A DNA stretch of 64,000 nt from Myxococcota bacterium. GTDB taxonomy: Bacteria; Myxococcota_A; Polyangia; Nannocystales; Nannocystaceae. The position numbers were made by a program, and so were the translations under genes. Location: the NCBI GenBank assembly GCA_039028615.1, contig JBCCHT010000006.1, forward strand, positions 160,001 to 224,000. Reading direction: 5' to 3'. The notes under the pieces are model-generated. The model was not told the origin of the DNA. It ran no database searches and saw nothing but the letters and a program-made list of their open reading frames with translations. Of the stretch, positions 41,266 to 51,122 are shown one piece after another; the first letter of the stretch is position 1, and the number at the start of each line of letters is the position of its first letter.

Positions 41266-41745
41266 CACCTCGAAGCACTCCCCCCCCCATCGATAGAGCG
41301 GGGCCTGCTGTATGCGCGCACGGGAGATGATGCGCGGGGAGGGCTGAAGCGAAGCCGCGTAGGATGGAGGGGGCCCGGTCGCGCGGAGTCGTTCCCCAAT
41401 GTGGTCGCGAAGCAGCCGGGTATAACTACCGACGAGCACGTCCGGGGAGGGATCCAGCCGTCAACAGGCGAGCCCTTCGTTCGAACACTCGGTAAGCCAC
41501 CTCGAAGCACTCCCCCCCATCGATAGAGCAGGGCCCACTGGCGGTACGCACGGGAGACGACGCACGGGGAGGGCTGAAGCGAAGCCGCGTAGGATGGAGG
41601 GGGCCCGGTCGCGCGGAGTCGTTCCCCAAAGCGGTCGCGAAGCACCCCGCTGCAACTACCGACGAGCACGTCCGGGGAGGGATCCAGCCGTCAACAGGCG
41701 AGCCCTTCGCTCGAACATTCCGCCAGCCCCCTCCAAGCACTCCCG
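41266..41745 (-). repeat. Inverted array of the same ~230-bp repeat (about 2.1 units)
   Basis: ATCGATAGAGC at 41289 and 41519; GGCGAGCCCTTCG ending at 41479 and 41709. These are reverse complements of the 39.7-40.4 kb unit, period 230. Confidence 0.95.
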
Positions 41746-41813
41746 ACCAACGCCAAAGCCCCCTCGGCAGCTCCCAAGGTGCGCCGTCCCCCCAGCCTCC
41801 CGCCGAGACGAAT

Positions 41814-43031
41814 TCACCCCACCCGCGGCGAATACCGAGCAAAGTACTGCCGCATGAGCCACCGCCGAAACCAAACATTGATCGCCGGAAAGTCGATCTT
41901 CAAAGCCCCATAGACCACCAACGACCGCCCCCCCAAACTAACCCCATACGCAAACCGAGGCCGCAACACATGAGGCCGCAACACCGGCACCTCCCCCCGA
42001 TTCTTCGGCGCATGCTCAGCCAAGATCGCAACATTGCGCGCCACCACCTTCGCCTGCCAAAGGCACTCGATGGCCCGCTGCATCGTCGGCCAGACCCCAT
42101 CTCCGCCCACCACTCGCACCGCATCCCCGCACGCGAAGATCTCCGGATGCGTAGGCTCCGGCGTAGGAAAGCACTGCAACGTCGGCCCCACCGCCAGCCA
42201 ACCATCGTCGGTCCGCGGCAGCCCCAAGTGCTCGAGAATCGGCGCCGGCCGAATCCCCCCCGCCCAGAAGGTCAACGCCGCATCGAGCGATTCCACCGTC
42301 TCCTCGTGACGCAGTTGCACCGACGACGGCCCGGCTTCGACCAGTCGCGTCTCCAAGCGCAGATCGACCCCCTGCCCCACCAACGCCGAGGCCGCCTTCC
42401 GCCCCACCCCGGCCGCGAGCTCGGGCAGTAGCCGGGCCCCAGCACTCACCAACGTGACCGCCGGCGCCCGCCACCCCTCGGGTCGCCGCCGCCGCAGCAA
42501 GGCCAGCTCGCCCGCCAGCTCCACGCCAGAGATGCCACCGCCCACCACCACCATCCGCGGCTCGGCCGATGCATCCCCCTCGGACCCCAGCGTCTCCGCC
42601 AGTCGCGGCCGCGCCTCGTCGATCTCCGCCTCGAACTTGTGCCCGAGCATGTGCTCGGCCCCGGGCATCCCCGGCGGGGGCGTGACCACGGAACCCAAGG
42701 CCACGACCACGAAGCGCGCCGCGATCCGTCGCCCCGACCCCAGCTCGACGACCTTGCGCTCGGGATCGAAGGACACGACCTCGTCGCAGACGAAGTCGGT
42801 GCCCGGCAGCGAGCGCACGAAGTCCTCGGTGGGCAGGATGCTCTGCTCGTCCGTGAGCACGCCGCACAGCCGCTCGTGCACCAAGGGGATGTAGCCATGA
42901 CTGCGCTGCCGATCGACGACGGTGATCTTCAGCGGTTTGGACAGGCGGCGCTGGATCTGGAGCACGACCTCGATGCCGGCGAAGCTCGCCCCCAGCACCA
43001 ATAAGTCGGTGCGCTCAGGTGCCGAAGACAT
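41814..43031 (-). CDS. NAD(P)/FAD-dependent oxidoreductase (NDH-2/Pyr_redox_2-like)
   Basis: LVLGASFAG, VVALGS, VVGGGISGVELAGEL, FWAGG, IFACGD. Start at ATG 43031. Confidence 0.88.
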   Translation of the reverse strand: MSSAPERTDLLVLGASFAGIEVVLQIQRRLSKPLKITVVDRQRSHGYIPLVHERLCGVLTDEQSILPTEDFVRSLPGTDFVCDEVVSFDPERKVVELGSGRRIAARFVVVALGSVVTPPPGMPGAEHMLGHKFEAEIDEARPRLAETLGSEGDASAEPRMVVVGGGISGVELAGELALLRRRRPEGWRAPAVTLVSAGARLLPELAAGVGRKAASALVGQGVDLRLETRLVEAGPSSVQLRHEETVESLDAALTFWAGGIRPAPILEHLGLPRTDDGWLAVGPTLQCFPTPEPTHPEIFACGDAVRVVGGDGVWPTMQRAIECLWQAKVVARNVAILAEHAPKNRGEVPVLRPHVLRPRFAYGVSLGGRSLVVYGALKIDFPAINVWFRRWLMRQYFARYSPRVG

Positions 43032-43848
43032 GCACCTTGTCCCGGACCGAGGCGGGGAAGCGCTCTTGGACGATGCGCTCGGCATCGGCCTTGGTATGGC
43101 GCGCGCTCCGGTGCACCAACACCAGGGCCTCTCCCTCGAACTGCTCGGCCCGCTCGATCATCTCTTCGACGTGGGTATGGCCCCACTGCCGCACCTGCTC
43201 GGGAGTGCGACGCTCGTCCCAGCCGGTCACCTCGTGCACCAGCACCCGGCACCGCCGCAAGTCGGGCTCCCGATCGAACAGCTCGATCTGCGTGTCACCG
43301 GTGACGCAGATCAGCGGCTCGATGTGCGTCTCGGTGATCGTCTCGCCGCGACGACGACGGGCGCCCAGCTCTTCGCCGGGCAGGCCCTTGAGCGACTCCA
43401 GCAAGCGCTCGCTCCGTCGCTCGAACATCCACGCCAGTGATGGCACACGATGCACCGAACGCAAGCAGCGGGCGTGTCCCTGGCGTAGCGGCACGGTGCT
43501 GCCCGGCGCGTGCCCGTGCAGGTCGACCTCGATGTCGAAGTCCTCGATCTCTTCCCAGGCGGCGAAGATGCGCTGCAGCGGGTCGAGGATTTCCTCGGGG
43601 ACGTGCACGGCCGGCGCCCCGCCCCGCACCATGTGCCGCTGCGAGACCATGTACGGCAGCCCGCCCAGGTGATCCTGGTGCCCGTGCGAGACGAGGATGG
43701 TGTCGAAGCGCATCTGGCCCGGCACCATGGGCGCGGCATCGAACATCAGGCCCAGCTCGGGGACCATCAGGCACGTGCGCACGCCGCCCAGGGCCACCCC
43801 GCGGAGGGTCAGTCCGGCGACCTTCAGCTCATCGTGACCGAGTCTCAT
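43015..43848 (-). CDS. Metallo-beta-lactamase-fold hydrolase, short tRNase Z-like
   Basis: SHGHQDH (HxHxDH), HRVPS, TGDT, HEVT, GHTH, LVHRSARH. Start at ATG 43848. Confidence 0.8.
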   Translation of the reverse strand: MRLGHDELKVAGLTLRGVALGGVRTCLMVPELGLMFDAAPMVPGQMRFDTILVSHGHQDHLGGLPYMVSQRHMVRGGAPAVHVPEEILDPLQRIFAAWEEIEDFDIEVDLHGHAPGSTVPLRQGHARCLRSVHRVPSLAWMFERRSERLLESLKGLPGEELGARRRRGETITETHIEPLICVTGDTQIELFDREPDLRRCRVLVHEVTGWDERRTPEQVRQWGHTHVEEMIERAEQFEGEALVLVHRSARHTKADAERIVQERFPASVRDKVHVFGT

Positions 43849-43900
43849 GCGCGGTAGGCCCCGGCTCGAGCGCCCGACTTGCGGGCGCTCGTCGTCGCCA

Positions 43901-46168
43901 TCAGCTGACGAAGTTGCGGTTCGGGGTCCACAGGACCTGGGCCGGAGCGGCCGCGGGCGCAGCTGCGGCCTGGCCACTGCTGACCCGAGTCTCGAGCACC
44001 GCCTTGGCCGCGACCAGCACCTTGGCGGGCGACACGACGATCTGGTCCTCGAGCACGACGCTCTGGGGCACGCCCGGCACCGCGTCCTGACCCAGCACGC
44101 GCGTGGCCACGTGACGCTCACCGAAGTGCTCGTGCACCGACCCCTGGAGCTCCCGGCCGATGCTCGAGAACACGCGGTCCTCGTGCACGACCAGCAACCG
44201 GCCAGTCCGGCCGACGCTCTCGTAGATGGTCTCGAGGTCGGGCGGCACGATGGTCCGCAGGTCGATGAGGTCGACGGAGACGCCGTCGGCGGCGAGGGTC
44301 TTGACCGCCTCCTGGCAGAACAAGGTGCAGCGACCCCAGGTCACGATGGTGAGATCGTCGCCGCGCTGCAGGTGCGCCGCCTTGCCCAGCGGGACGCGGA
44401 AGTCCTCGGGCAGCGGGGGCGCATGACCCTCGAAGGCGATGGCGCGCTTGAGCTTGCGGACCTCTTCGGGATCGGTGGGCTCGCCTGGGAACGCGTCGCC
44501 GAGCGTCATGCGGTACAGGCCCTTCGACTCGAAGAAGAGCACGGGTCCGCTGTACTCGGCCGCCGTTCGCAAAAGGCCGTACATGTCGCGCGAGGTCGAG
44601 GGCGCCACGATGGTCAGGCCCGGGATCGCCCCGTAAAAGCCCTCCATGCACATCGAGTGGTACACGGCGCCGCCGTGCAGCGGCTCGACGGGCAGGCGCA
44701 CGATGACGTTGGCCCGCACGCTCGAGTCCGAGGTCCACAGCAGGTTCCCCATGTGCACCAGCCAGTGCAGGGTATTGAGGCTGTAGTCCGAGAACTGGAT
44801 CTCCGGCAGCGCGGTCGAGCCCTCGTGCAGGGCGAAGCCCAGCGCCGCGCCCAGGATGAAGGGCTCGTTGATCGGTGCGTCGCGGACCTGGTTGGGGAAC
44901 GACTCGTGCAGACCCTTGGTGGCCTGCATGACGCCGCCCTTGGCCCCCACGTCCTGGCCGTAGATCCAGGTCATGGGGTTGTCGCGCAGGATGGCCCCCA
45001 TGGCCGCCCGCACCGCGCCGTTGATCGAGATGATGGTGCGGCGACCGGTGGCCGGCGCCTCCTCGACCTCGGGGAAGGGATCGCGAATGTTGTCGTAGAT
45101 CCGGTCGTAGCTGGGGTGCGGCTCCGACTCGGCCTGCTCCATCGTGTGCACGATGTGGGCGTCGGCGTGGGCTCCGAGGCGGCCGAGCTCGTGGCGGGCG
45201 TAGTAGTCCTTGGACTCGCCGTCCTTGCGCCGAATGATGTCGTCCGGCGCCAGGATCCCGCGATCGACCAGGGCCTGACCGAAGTCGATGAGCGGGTCGT
45301 ACTCGTGGAACTTGAAGGTGACGTCGGCGGCCGAGCTGTGGTCATTGAGCCGCGAGAGGTTGCGAACCCACATCAGGGCCGGCTTCTGCTCGTTGCGGCA
45401 GTACAGCGCGGCGTCGCGGGTGGTCTCGTAGACGTCGAGGAAGTCGTTGCCGTCGCAGGTGAAGTACTTGAAGCCGAACGCCTTGGCGTAGGACTCGAAG
45501 TCTCGGATCCCGCGGCCGTCCTCGGGCTTGACGCTGATGGCGACGTTGTTGTCGGTGACGGTCAGCAGCCAGGGCAGCTGGAGGATGGACGCCCCGGTCA
45601 TGCCCTCGTGGACATCGCCCTCGGCGCAGGTTCCGTCACCGATGATGCACTGGCACAGCGCGTCGGTATGGCCCTTGTGCACCAAGCCCTGCGTGTAGCC
45701 GATGGACTTGGAGACCTGCATGCCCAGCGCCGACTGGATCGGCAGGGTGTTGTGGGCCAGGTCGTTGAAGTGGGCCGTCATCTGGCGGCCGCCGCTCCAC
45801 GGGTCGGTGGCGCGGGACAGCTGCTGCCGCATGTGGTTGAGGTGGAAGTCCTCGTGCCCCTGCAGCCGGCTCCACAGCGCGAGCAATGAAGCGGAACGGT
45901 AGTGACCGGCGATGGCGAAGGCCTCGGGGTTGGCGACCTCGTGCAGCGCCAGCGCGGTCGCGGTGCCGTGGATCTCCTCGCCTGGGCCCCAGATGGCGAA
46001 CTTCACCTTGCCCTTGAGGCACTCCTGCACCACGCGCTCCACATGGAGGCGCGCCAAACACGCTTCGTGGTACGCGAGCTGCAATCGCTCGGTGGTCAGC
46101 TCCGGAAATTCATCCAGGCGAGCCAGGTCATACTTGAGCGTCCGAACCGGCGAGGATCCTTCGGGCAT
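43901..46168 (-). CDS. Fused 2-oxoacid dehydrogenase E1 alpha+beta (TPP-dependent; branched-chain type likely)
   Basis: GDGTCAEG...DNN TPP motif, HSSA, GQDVGAKGGV, DAPINE, PEIQFSDY, DLRTIVP. Confidence 0.9.
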   Translation of the reverse strand: MPEGSSPVRTLKYDLARLDEFPELTTERLQLAYHEACLARLHVERVVQECLKGKVKFAIWGPGEEIHGTATALALHEVANPEAFAIAGHYRSASLLALWSRLQGHEDFHLNHMRQQLSRATDPWSGGRQMTAHFNDLAHNTLPIQSALGMQVSKSIGYTQGLVHKGHTDALCQCIIGDGTCAEGDVHEGMTGASILQLPWLLTVTDNNVAISVKPEDGRGIRDFESYAKAFGFKYFTCDGNDFLDVYETTRDAALYCRNEQKPALMWVRNLSRLNDHSSAADVTFKFHEYDPLIDFGQALVDRGILAPDDIIRRKDGESKDYYARHELGRLGAHADAHIVHTMEQAESEPHPSYDRIYDNIRDPFPEVEEAPATGRRTIISINGAVRAAMGAILRDNPMTWIYGQDVGAKGGVMQATKGLHESFPNQVRDAPINEPFILGAALGFALHEGSTALPEIQFSDYSLNTLHWLVHMGNLLWTSDSSVRANVIVRLPVEPLHGGAVYHSMCMEGFYGAIPGLTIVAPSTSRDMYGLLRTAAEYSGPVLFFESKGLYRMTLGDAFPGEPTDPEEVRKLKRAIAFEGHAPPLPEDFRVPLGKAAHLQRGDDLTIVTWGRCTLFCQEAVKTLAADGVSVDLIDLRTIVPPDLETIYESVGRTGRLLVVHEDRVFSSIGRELQGSVHEHFGERHVATRVLGQDAVPGVPQSVVLEDQIVVSPAKVLVAAKAVLETRVSSGQAAAAPAAAPAQVLWTPNRNFVS

Positions 46169-46336
46169 GGCGACGGTTGCTCCTTATGGGTCGACCGCCG
46201 ACCCCCACGGTCGCCGTCGACTCGCGCCGAGCCTATTCGATCAAACCGTGCCTCTCAACGACCACGGGGGCCTGCAAGGGCCCCCGCGGTGTGTGCTTAC
46301 GCTTCGATTTTCGTTGAGGAATTTCGCTTGGCCTTT

Positions 46337-48679
46337 TTATTGACCGTACGGGTTGTAGCCCCCCGGTCCGGGCGGTTGGCCCGGCTGCGGCGGATACCCC
46401 GGCTGCGGCTGTCCCGGCTGCGGCGGGTACCCCGGTTGGGGCTGTCCCGGCTGCGGCGGGTACCCCGGTTGGGGCTGCGCCATCCCCGGCTGCGGCTGTC
46501 CCGGCTGCGGCGGGTAGCCGCCCGGCTGCGGCATTCCCGGCTGACCCGGGGGCGGAGCCATCCCCGGCTGCGGCTGACCCGGCTGCGGCGGGTAGCCACC
46601 CGGCTGCGGCATTCCCGGCTGACCCGGGGGCGGAGCCATCCCCGGCTGAGGCATCCCCGGCTGACCCGGAGGCGGTGCCATGCCCGGCTGAGGCATTCCC
46701 GGCTGCCCGGGAGGCATCCCCGGCTGACCCGGAGGCATCCCCGGCTGCCCCGGTGCGGGAGCCATGCCCGGCTGCGGCTGACCCGGCTGACCCGGGTATC
46801 CACCCGGCGCCGGCTGACCCGGGGCGTGAGCCATGCCCGGCTGCGGCTGTCCGGGCTGACCCGGCTGCTGGCCGAACTGGCCCGCGTTGGCGGGAACACC
46901 CGGGATGTCCGGGGCCCCCGCAGCCATCGCCTCGAGGGCTTGCTTGGCGGCGGGACGGGGATCGGCCCCCTCCATCTGCTCGCGAACCTCGAAGTAGATC
47001 CGCAGGGTCATCGCGGCAAAGATCGGCGTGATCGCAGCGGTCACCACGTTGGTGACCAAGGAGCTGAGGGCCCCCGCCACTCCGGCCATGTACTCGCCGA
47101 TTCCAGCGAGCAGCCCGAAGATCACACCGACGATGGCGATCGCCACACCGGCCGTGACGAACAGGATCAGCGCGCCGATGATGGTCCGGCCGATGACCGG
47201 CTTCCACAGCTCGAGGCTGCGCATATTGAGGTCGATGAACTTCTTGTCCGTCTCGAACAACCAGATCGCGCCGACGAAGAAGCCGAGCGGGAAGAAGGTG
47301 AACGGACCGACGAGGCCGCCGATGATGCTGGCGACGATGAAGCTGACGATGCTCATGCCGCCGCGCCCCAGCACCGCCTTATAGGCGTCGATGAAGCTGA
47401 CCGGCGTGCCGAAGTGCGCCTGCGCGATGAAGTAGAACACCGCCGGGAAGGTGATGATCCCGGCCAGGTTCAGCAGACCACCGATGATCACGCCGACCGC
47501 GGGAATGGTGACCAGCGCGAACAGCAGCATGATCAAGCCCGCGAGGATCAGCGGGGCACCCACGACCAACACGGACTGGATCAGGTTGGCCATCACCAGC
47601 GAGATGCCGGCCTTGATGTCGTCCATGAACCCGCCGCTGCTGGTCTCGGCCGCCGCGAAGGCTTGGTTCATGCCCTGACCGACTTGCTGCATGCCCTGGT
47701 TGAACTGCTGCCCGGCTTGACCGAACTGTCCTTGGGGCGGCTGCCCGGGCTGGCCCGGCATCCCCGGCTGGCCCGGCGGCTGCCCGGGAGCACCCATGCC
47801 CGGCGGTTGGCCTGGAGCACCCGGCATCCCGGGTTGACCCGGCGGCTGCCCGGGAGCACCCATGCCTGGCGGTTGACCCGGTGCGCCCGGCATCCCCGGT
47901 TGACCCGGCGGCTGCCCGGGAGCGGCCATGCCCGGCGGTTGACCCGGTGCACCGGGCATCCCCGGTTGACCCGGCATCCCTGGCTGTCCGGGGGGCTGAC
48001 CCGGTGCGCCCATCCCAGGCGCGGGAGGTTGGCCGGGCATGCCCGGCTGTCCGGGAGGCTGACCCGGTGCGCCCATGCCCGGCGGTTGCCCCATGGCACC
48101 CGGCGGCTGACCTGGCATGCCCGGCTGCCCCGGGGGTTGCCCCGGTGCGCCCATGCCCGGCGGTTGCGCGGGGGCGCCGGGCGGCTGGCCCGGTGCGCCG
48201 AGGGTGCCGGCGGAAGGAGGATAGCCCGGACGGGGCCCGGCCGACATCGGCGGGTTCACGCCGGGGATCGGCGGCGGAGGTCCTCCACCCGGCGCGGCGC
48301 CGGGCGCTGCTCCGGCAGCCGGCGGCGCGCCACCGGGCGCGAACATGGTGCGGCTCGCCGGCTGTGCGGCGGCCCCCGGAAAGTCGATGTGCTGGACGGT
48401 GATCGTCGACTGACCCAGTCGCACCGCGTTGCCGATCCCCATCTCGACGGGACCGGTGATTCGCTCACCGCTGGGAAGAAACGATCCGTTCGTCGAACCG
48501 AGATCTTGAAAGACGAGCTTGCCGTTAGTGAATCGAAGCTCGGCGTGCCGACCGGACACTTGAGCATCCATGAGGGCGATGTCACCGACATCGCGGCCGA
48601 TGACGATCGACTCCTTGTCGAACGGCTTAGTTTCCGGGGGACGTCCCGAGTACTGGACGTACAGGGTGTATAGCGCCAT
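46337..48679 (-). CDS. FHA-domain membrane protein with two Pro/Gly/Gln-rich repeat tracts
   Basis: FHA motifs IGR, VSGRHA, DLGSTNG. (PGQP/PGM)n tracts on both sides of a multi-TM segment. AGGAG precedes ATG 48679. Confidence 0.88.
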   Translation of the reverse strand: MALYTLYVQYSGRPPETKPFDKESIVIGRDVGDIALMDAQVSGRHAELRFTNGKLVFQDLGSTNGSFLPSGERITGPVEMGIGNAVRLGQSTITVQHIDFPGAAAQPASRTMFAPGGAPPAAGAAPGAAPGGGPPPPIPGVNPPMSAGPRPGYPPSAGTLGAPGQPPGAPAQPPGMGAPGQPPGQPGMPGQPPGAMGQPPGMGAPGQPPGQPGMPGQPPAPGMGAPGQPPGQPGMPGQPGMPGAPGQPPGMAAPGQPPGQPGMPGAPGQPPGMGAPGQPPGQPGMPGAPGQPPGMGAPGQPPGQPGMPGQPGQPPQGQFGQAGQQFNQGMQQVGQGMNQAFAAAETSSGGFMDDIKAGISLVMANLIQSVLVVGAPLILAGLIMLLFALVTIPAVGVIIGGLLNLAGIITFPAVFYFIAQAHFGTPVSFIDAYKAVLGRGGMSIVSFIVASIIGGLVGPFTFFPLGFFVGAIWLFETDKKFIDLNMRSLELWKPVIGRTIIGALILFVTAGVAIAIVGVIFGLLAGIGEYMAGVAGALSSLVTNVVTAAITPIFAAMTLRIYFEVREQMEGADPRPAAKQALEAMAAGAPDIPGVPANAGQFGQQPGQPGQPQPGMAHAPGQPAPGGYPGQPGQPQPGMAPAPGQPGMPPGQPGMPPGQPGMPQPGMAPPPGQPGMPQPGMAPPPGQPGMPQPGGYPPQPGQPQPGMAPPPGQPGMPQPGGYPPQPGQPQPGMAQPQPGYPPQPGQPQPGYPPQPGQPQPGYPPQPGQPPGPGGYNPYGQ

Positions 48680-48806
48680 GTGGCTCCTGGGGTGCGTGGG
48701 CTCCCGGAGTGTCACAAATGGCGGCGGTCTCGCGCAACTCGCTGCGCACAGATTCTCGACCGCGTCGGATCGAATGTTCGCGAACCGGTCCGCCCGGCTC
48801 AGCGAG

Positions 48807-49037
48807 TCAAGACCAAAGCTCGACGAACCAGACGATCAAACGCGAAAACCATGACTCGGGCCAATGGGCGCCCAGCAGGGCCCCACTACCAAAAAGGACC
48901 CCGATCACCGTGCTGGGCAACAGAACCCAGCCCACGGCCCACGATGCCCAGCTCTTTTTGCCTTCGGGCTCGGAATCGCCGGAGCCGGCCTCGGTGGCCT
49001 CGCTCGTGCTCGGTTGCTTACTTTGAGGATCCGACAT
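48807..49037 (-). CDS. Small membrane protein (76 aa)
   Basis: Polar N-terminus followed by a Trp-rich hydrophobic segment. Co-oriented with its neighbours. Confidence 0.6.
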   Translation of the reverse strand: MSDPQSKQPSTSEATEAGSGDSEPEGKKSWASWAVGWVLLPSTVIGVLFGSGALLGAHWPESWFSRLIVWFVELWS

Positions 49038-49073
49038 CGTGCGGAAATCTCCTAGGGGCCAGCGACGGTCCGC

Positions 49074-50138
49074 TCAGGGCTGGGCCTCGGCCGGGGTGGG
49101 CTCGGGCTCGAACGGCCACTGTTTGCGTTCCAACACCCGTTTGCGGTTGGCCTCGTCGATCCACGGGTCTTGGGTCTCGGGCACGGCCGCGTAGCTCATC
49201 CAGCTGCCGGCCTTCCACGCGGGATCCTCCGGCTCGTTGATGTCCACGGCCCCCATGAGCCGACTGAGCCGGTGCAGCAGGGTCCGCAGATGGGTCTCTC
49301 GGTGGCCATTGGTGCCATAGACGACCCCGTAGGCCCCGTTGAAGGGATCGTCCTCGGTGGGCGGGCCCGCGCGCTCGGGGCTGGTGCCGTCGAAACGACG
49401 ATCGGTGAACCCGAGCAAGATCTGCGACCCCTCCCGGGGGCGCGTGCGGAGGTCGTCGAGCAGGGCGGCAGCGTTCATGCCCTCGGAGGGCACGGACCAG
49501 CGACCGACCGCCCACAGCTGGAGGCGGATGCCGAACTGCTCCTCGTAGATATGGGAGGCCCGGCTCACCGTGCGCTGCACGACGTCGATCCAGTCGGGAC
49601 GCGCGTCGATGAAGGAGCGATCGACCAGCACCTTGACTTGGACCACTTTCTCGACTCCACGGGCCTCGGCGGCGGGACCCTCGAGGGGATCGACCTTGGT
49701 CCGCGGCGGCGGCAGTGGAGCGGGCACCCCCGCGACGGCGCCGTTGTTGGTCGGCGGCACGGCGGGGCTGGTCGGCGCGGGCTGAGGCGGCTGCACGGGA
49801 GGCTTCGCCGGTTGAGGTTGGGGCTCGACCTTGGCGACCACCTCGGGCTTGGTGTCGGGCTCCGACTTGGTGTCGGGCTCCGACTTGGTGTCCGCGTCGC
49901 TCTCGGGCGCGTCGGACTTCGACTCACTCTTGGACTCGTCGGACTTCGACTCGCTCTTGGACTCTTCGCCCGGCACCTCGACGTCGATGCCGAGCCAGTC
50001 ACGCTCGAAGCCGAGGATCCCGGCTCGATTTTCGACCCCGCAGTACACCCCGCAACTGAACAGCCCGAAGATCAGAGACAGCGGCCCCCCGAACAGGATG
50101 GCCAGTTTCGCGATGGCGATGATGCGCGTGCGGTTCAT
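49074..50138 (-). CDS. Membrane-anchored reprolysin/M12-like protein with degenerate zinc motif
   Basis: N-terminal TM, low-complexity linker, VKVLVD...ASHIYEEQFGIRLQL, TLLHRLSRLMGAVD where HExxHxxGxxH is expected, SWMSY Met-turn-like. Confidence 0.6.
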   Translation of the reverse strand: MNRTRIIAIAKLAILFGGPLSLIFGLFSCGVYCGVENRAGILGFERDWLGIDVEVPGEESKSESKSDESKSESKSDAPESDADTKSEPDTKSEPDTKPEVVAKVEPQPQPAKPPVQPPQPAPTSPAVPPTNNGAVAGVPAPLPPPRTKVDPLEGPAAEARGVEKVVQVKVLVDRSFIDARPDWIDVVQRTVSRASHIYEEQFGIRLQLWAVGRWSVPSEGMNAAALLDDLRTRPREGSQILLGFTDRRFDGTSPERAGPPTEDDPFNGAYGVVYGTNGHRETHLRTLLHRLSRLMGAVDINEPEDPAWKAGSWMSYAAVPETQDPWIDEANRKRVLERKQWPFEPEPTPAEAQP

Positions 50139-50279
50139 CGAGGAGCCGAGAGTATAGAGCGGACGGGGGCACAAGTCCGATGGTTGCAGGCCTATTCCCA
50201 CCCCGGGACGACGGCCCGAACCTGGGGCATCGAGCCCCGATGACACCGCCATCCGCGCATGGAGGGAAGAGGTCGGCCT

Positions 50280-50957
50280 TCAGGCCGGGAAGTCCCGTAC
50301 GTTGAGCAGCCCACGCTCCGCGAGAGATACGACTTCGGTTCGCGTGACCACCAGGTGATCGATGACCGGGATGTCCAGCATGACCCCGATGCTGGCGAAG
50401 CGATGGGTGAGCAGCAGGTCGGCGTCGCTCGGATCCGGCTCGCCGCTGGGGTGGTTGTGGACCAAGATCACCGAGTGCAGCCCGGCCTGCACCAGCGGGC
50501 GAAACACCTCGCGGGGATGGACGTGCACCGCCGCAGCCGAGCCCACCGCCACCGTGCGGACCAGCTGGAGCCGCTGCCGGACGTCGAGGCCGAGAATGAG
50601 GAAGGTCTCCTGGGCGGCGCTGCCGAGCGAGGCCCGGAGAAAGTCGGCCACGTCCTCGGGACCCGAGATGGTCTGGGCGAAGGGCAGGCATAGTCGCGCG
50701 ACGCGACGACCGAGCTCGAACGCGGCGCAAACGGCGGTCGCCCCGGCCATACCGATGCCGGGGGTCCGGCACAGCTGACGGGGCCCTGCCCCTTGCAGGC
50801 CCACCAGGCCTCCGGCCTCCTGGAACAAGGCCATGCCTCGGGTCACGGCACGACCTCCGCCGAGGATGAGAGCCAACAGCTCGACATCGGCGAGGTGCTC
50901 GCGGCCAAAGAGCATCATGCGCTCGCGAGGGCGCTCTTGGGGAACGGACGTCATCAT
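50280..50957 (-). CDS. radC: RadC/JAB-domain protein
   Basis: ERPRER, ELLALIL, GIGMA...AAFELGRR, VHPREVF, HNHPSG.PDPSDAD, DHLV. Confidence 0.93.
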   Translation of the reverse strand: MMTSVPQERPRERMMLFGREHLADVELLALILGGGRAVTRGMALFQEAGGLVGLQGAGPRQLCRTPGIGMAGATAVCAAFELGRRVARLCLPFAQTISGPEDVADFLRASLGSAAQETFLILGLDVRQRLQLVRTVAVGSAAAVHVHPREVFRPLVQAGLHSVILVHNHPSGEPDPSDADLLLTHRFASIGVMLDIPVIDHLVVTRTEVVSLAERGLLNVRDFPA

Positions 50958-51122
50958 CGACCCTCGTCGTTTCAAGGGGCGTGCCGCGGGCAAGTTCGCG
51001 AAACCTCATCCCTGGCGTGGGGCCCTGGCCCACACGTGGGTCATTTCGTGGCCCAGGGTGGCCAACGGGCGGGCCAGCCCCGCTGCCGCATTGCGTCAGA
51101 CGCGTGCTATCGTTGCGGGCCA

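Noticed and set aside
39708..41745. CRISPR array interpretation of the repeats
   Set aside because: Conserved blocks are 50-60 nt, the intervening segments are homologous to each other rather than unique spacers, and there are no cas genes in the window.
39708..41745. Integron attC sites or group II intron remnants
   Set aside because: I found no RYYYAAC/GTTRRRY-bounded units, no integrase or reverse transcriptase, and no recognisable domain V. Units are tandem with no cassettes between them.
50280..50957. radC as a marker of a mobile element
   Set aside because: Full-length chromosomal type with the N-terminal HhH-like region, and no mobility genes nearby.
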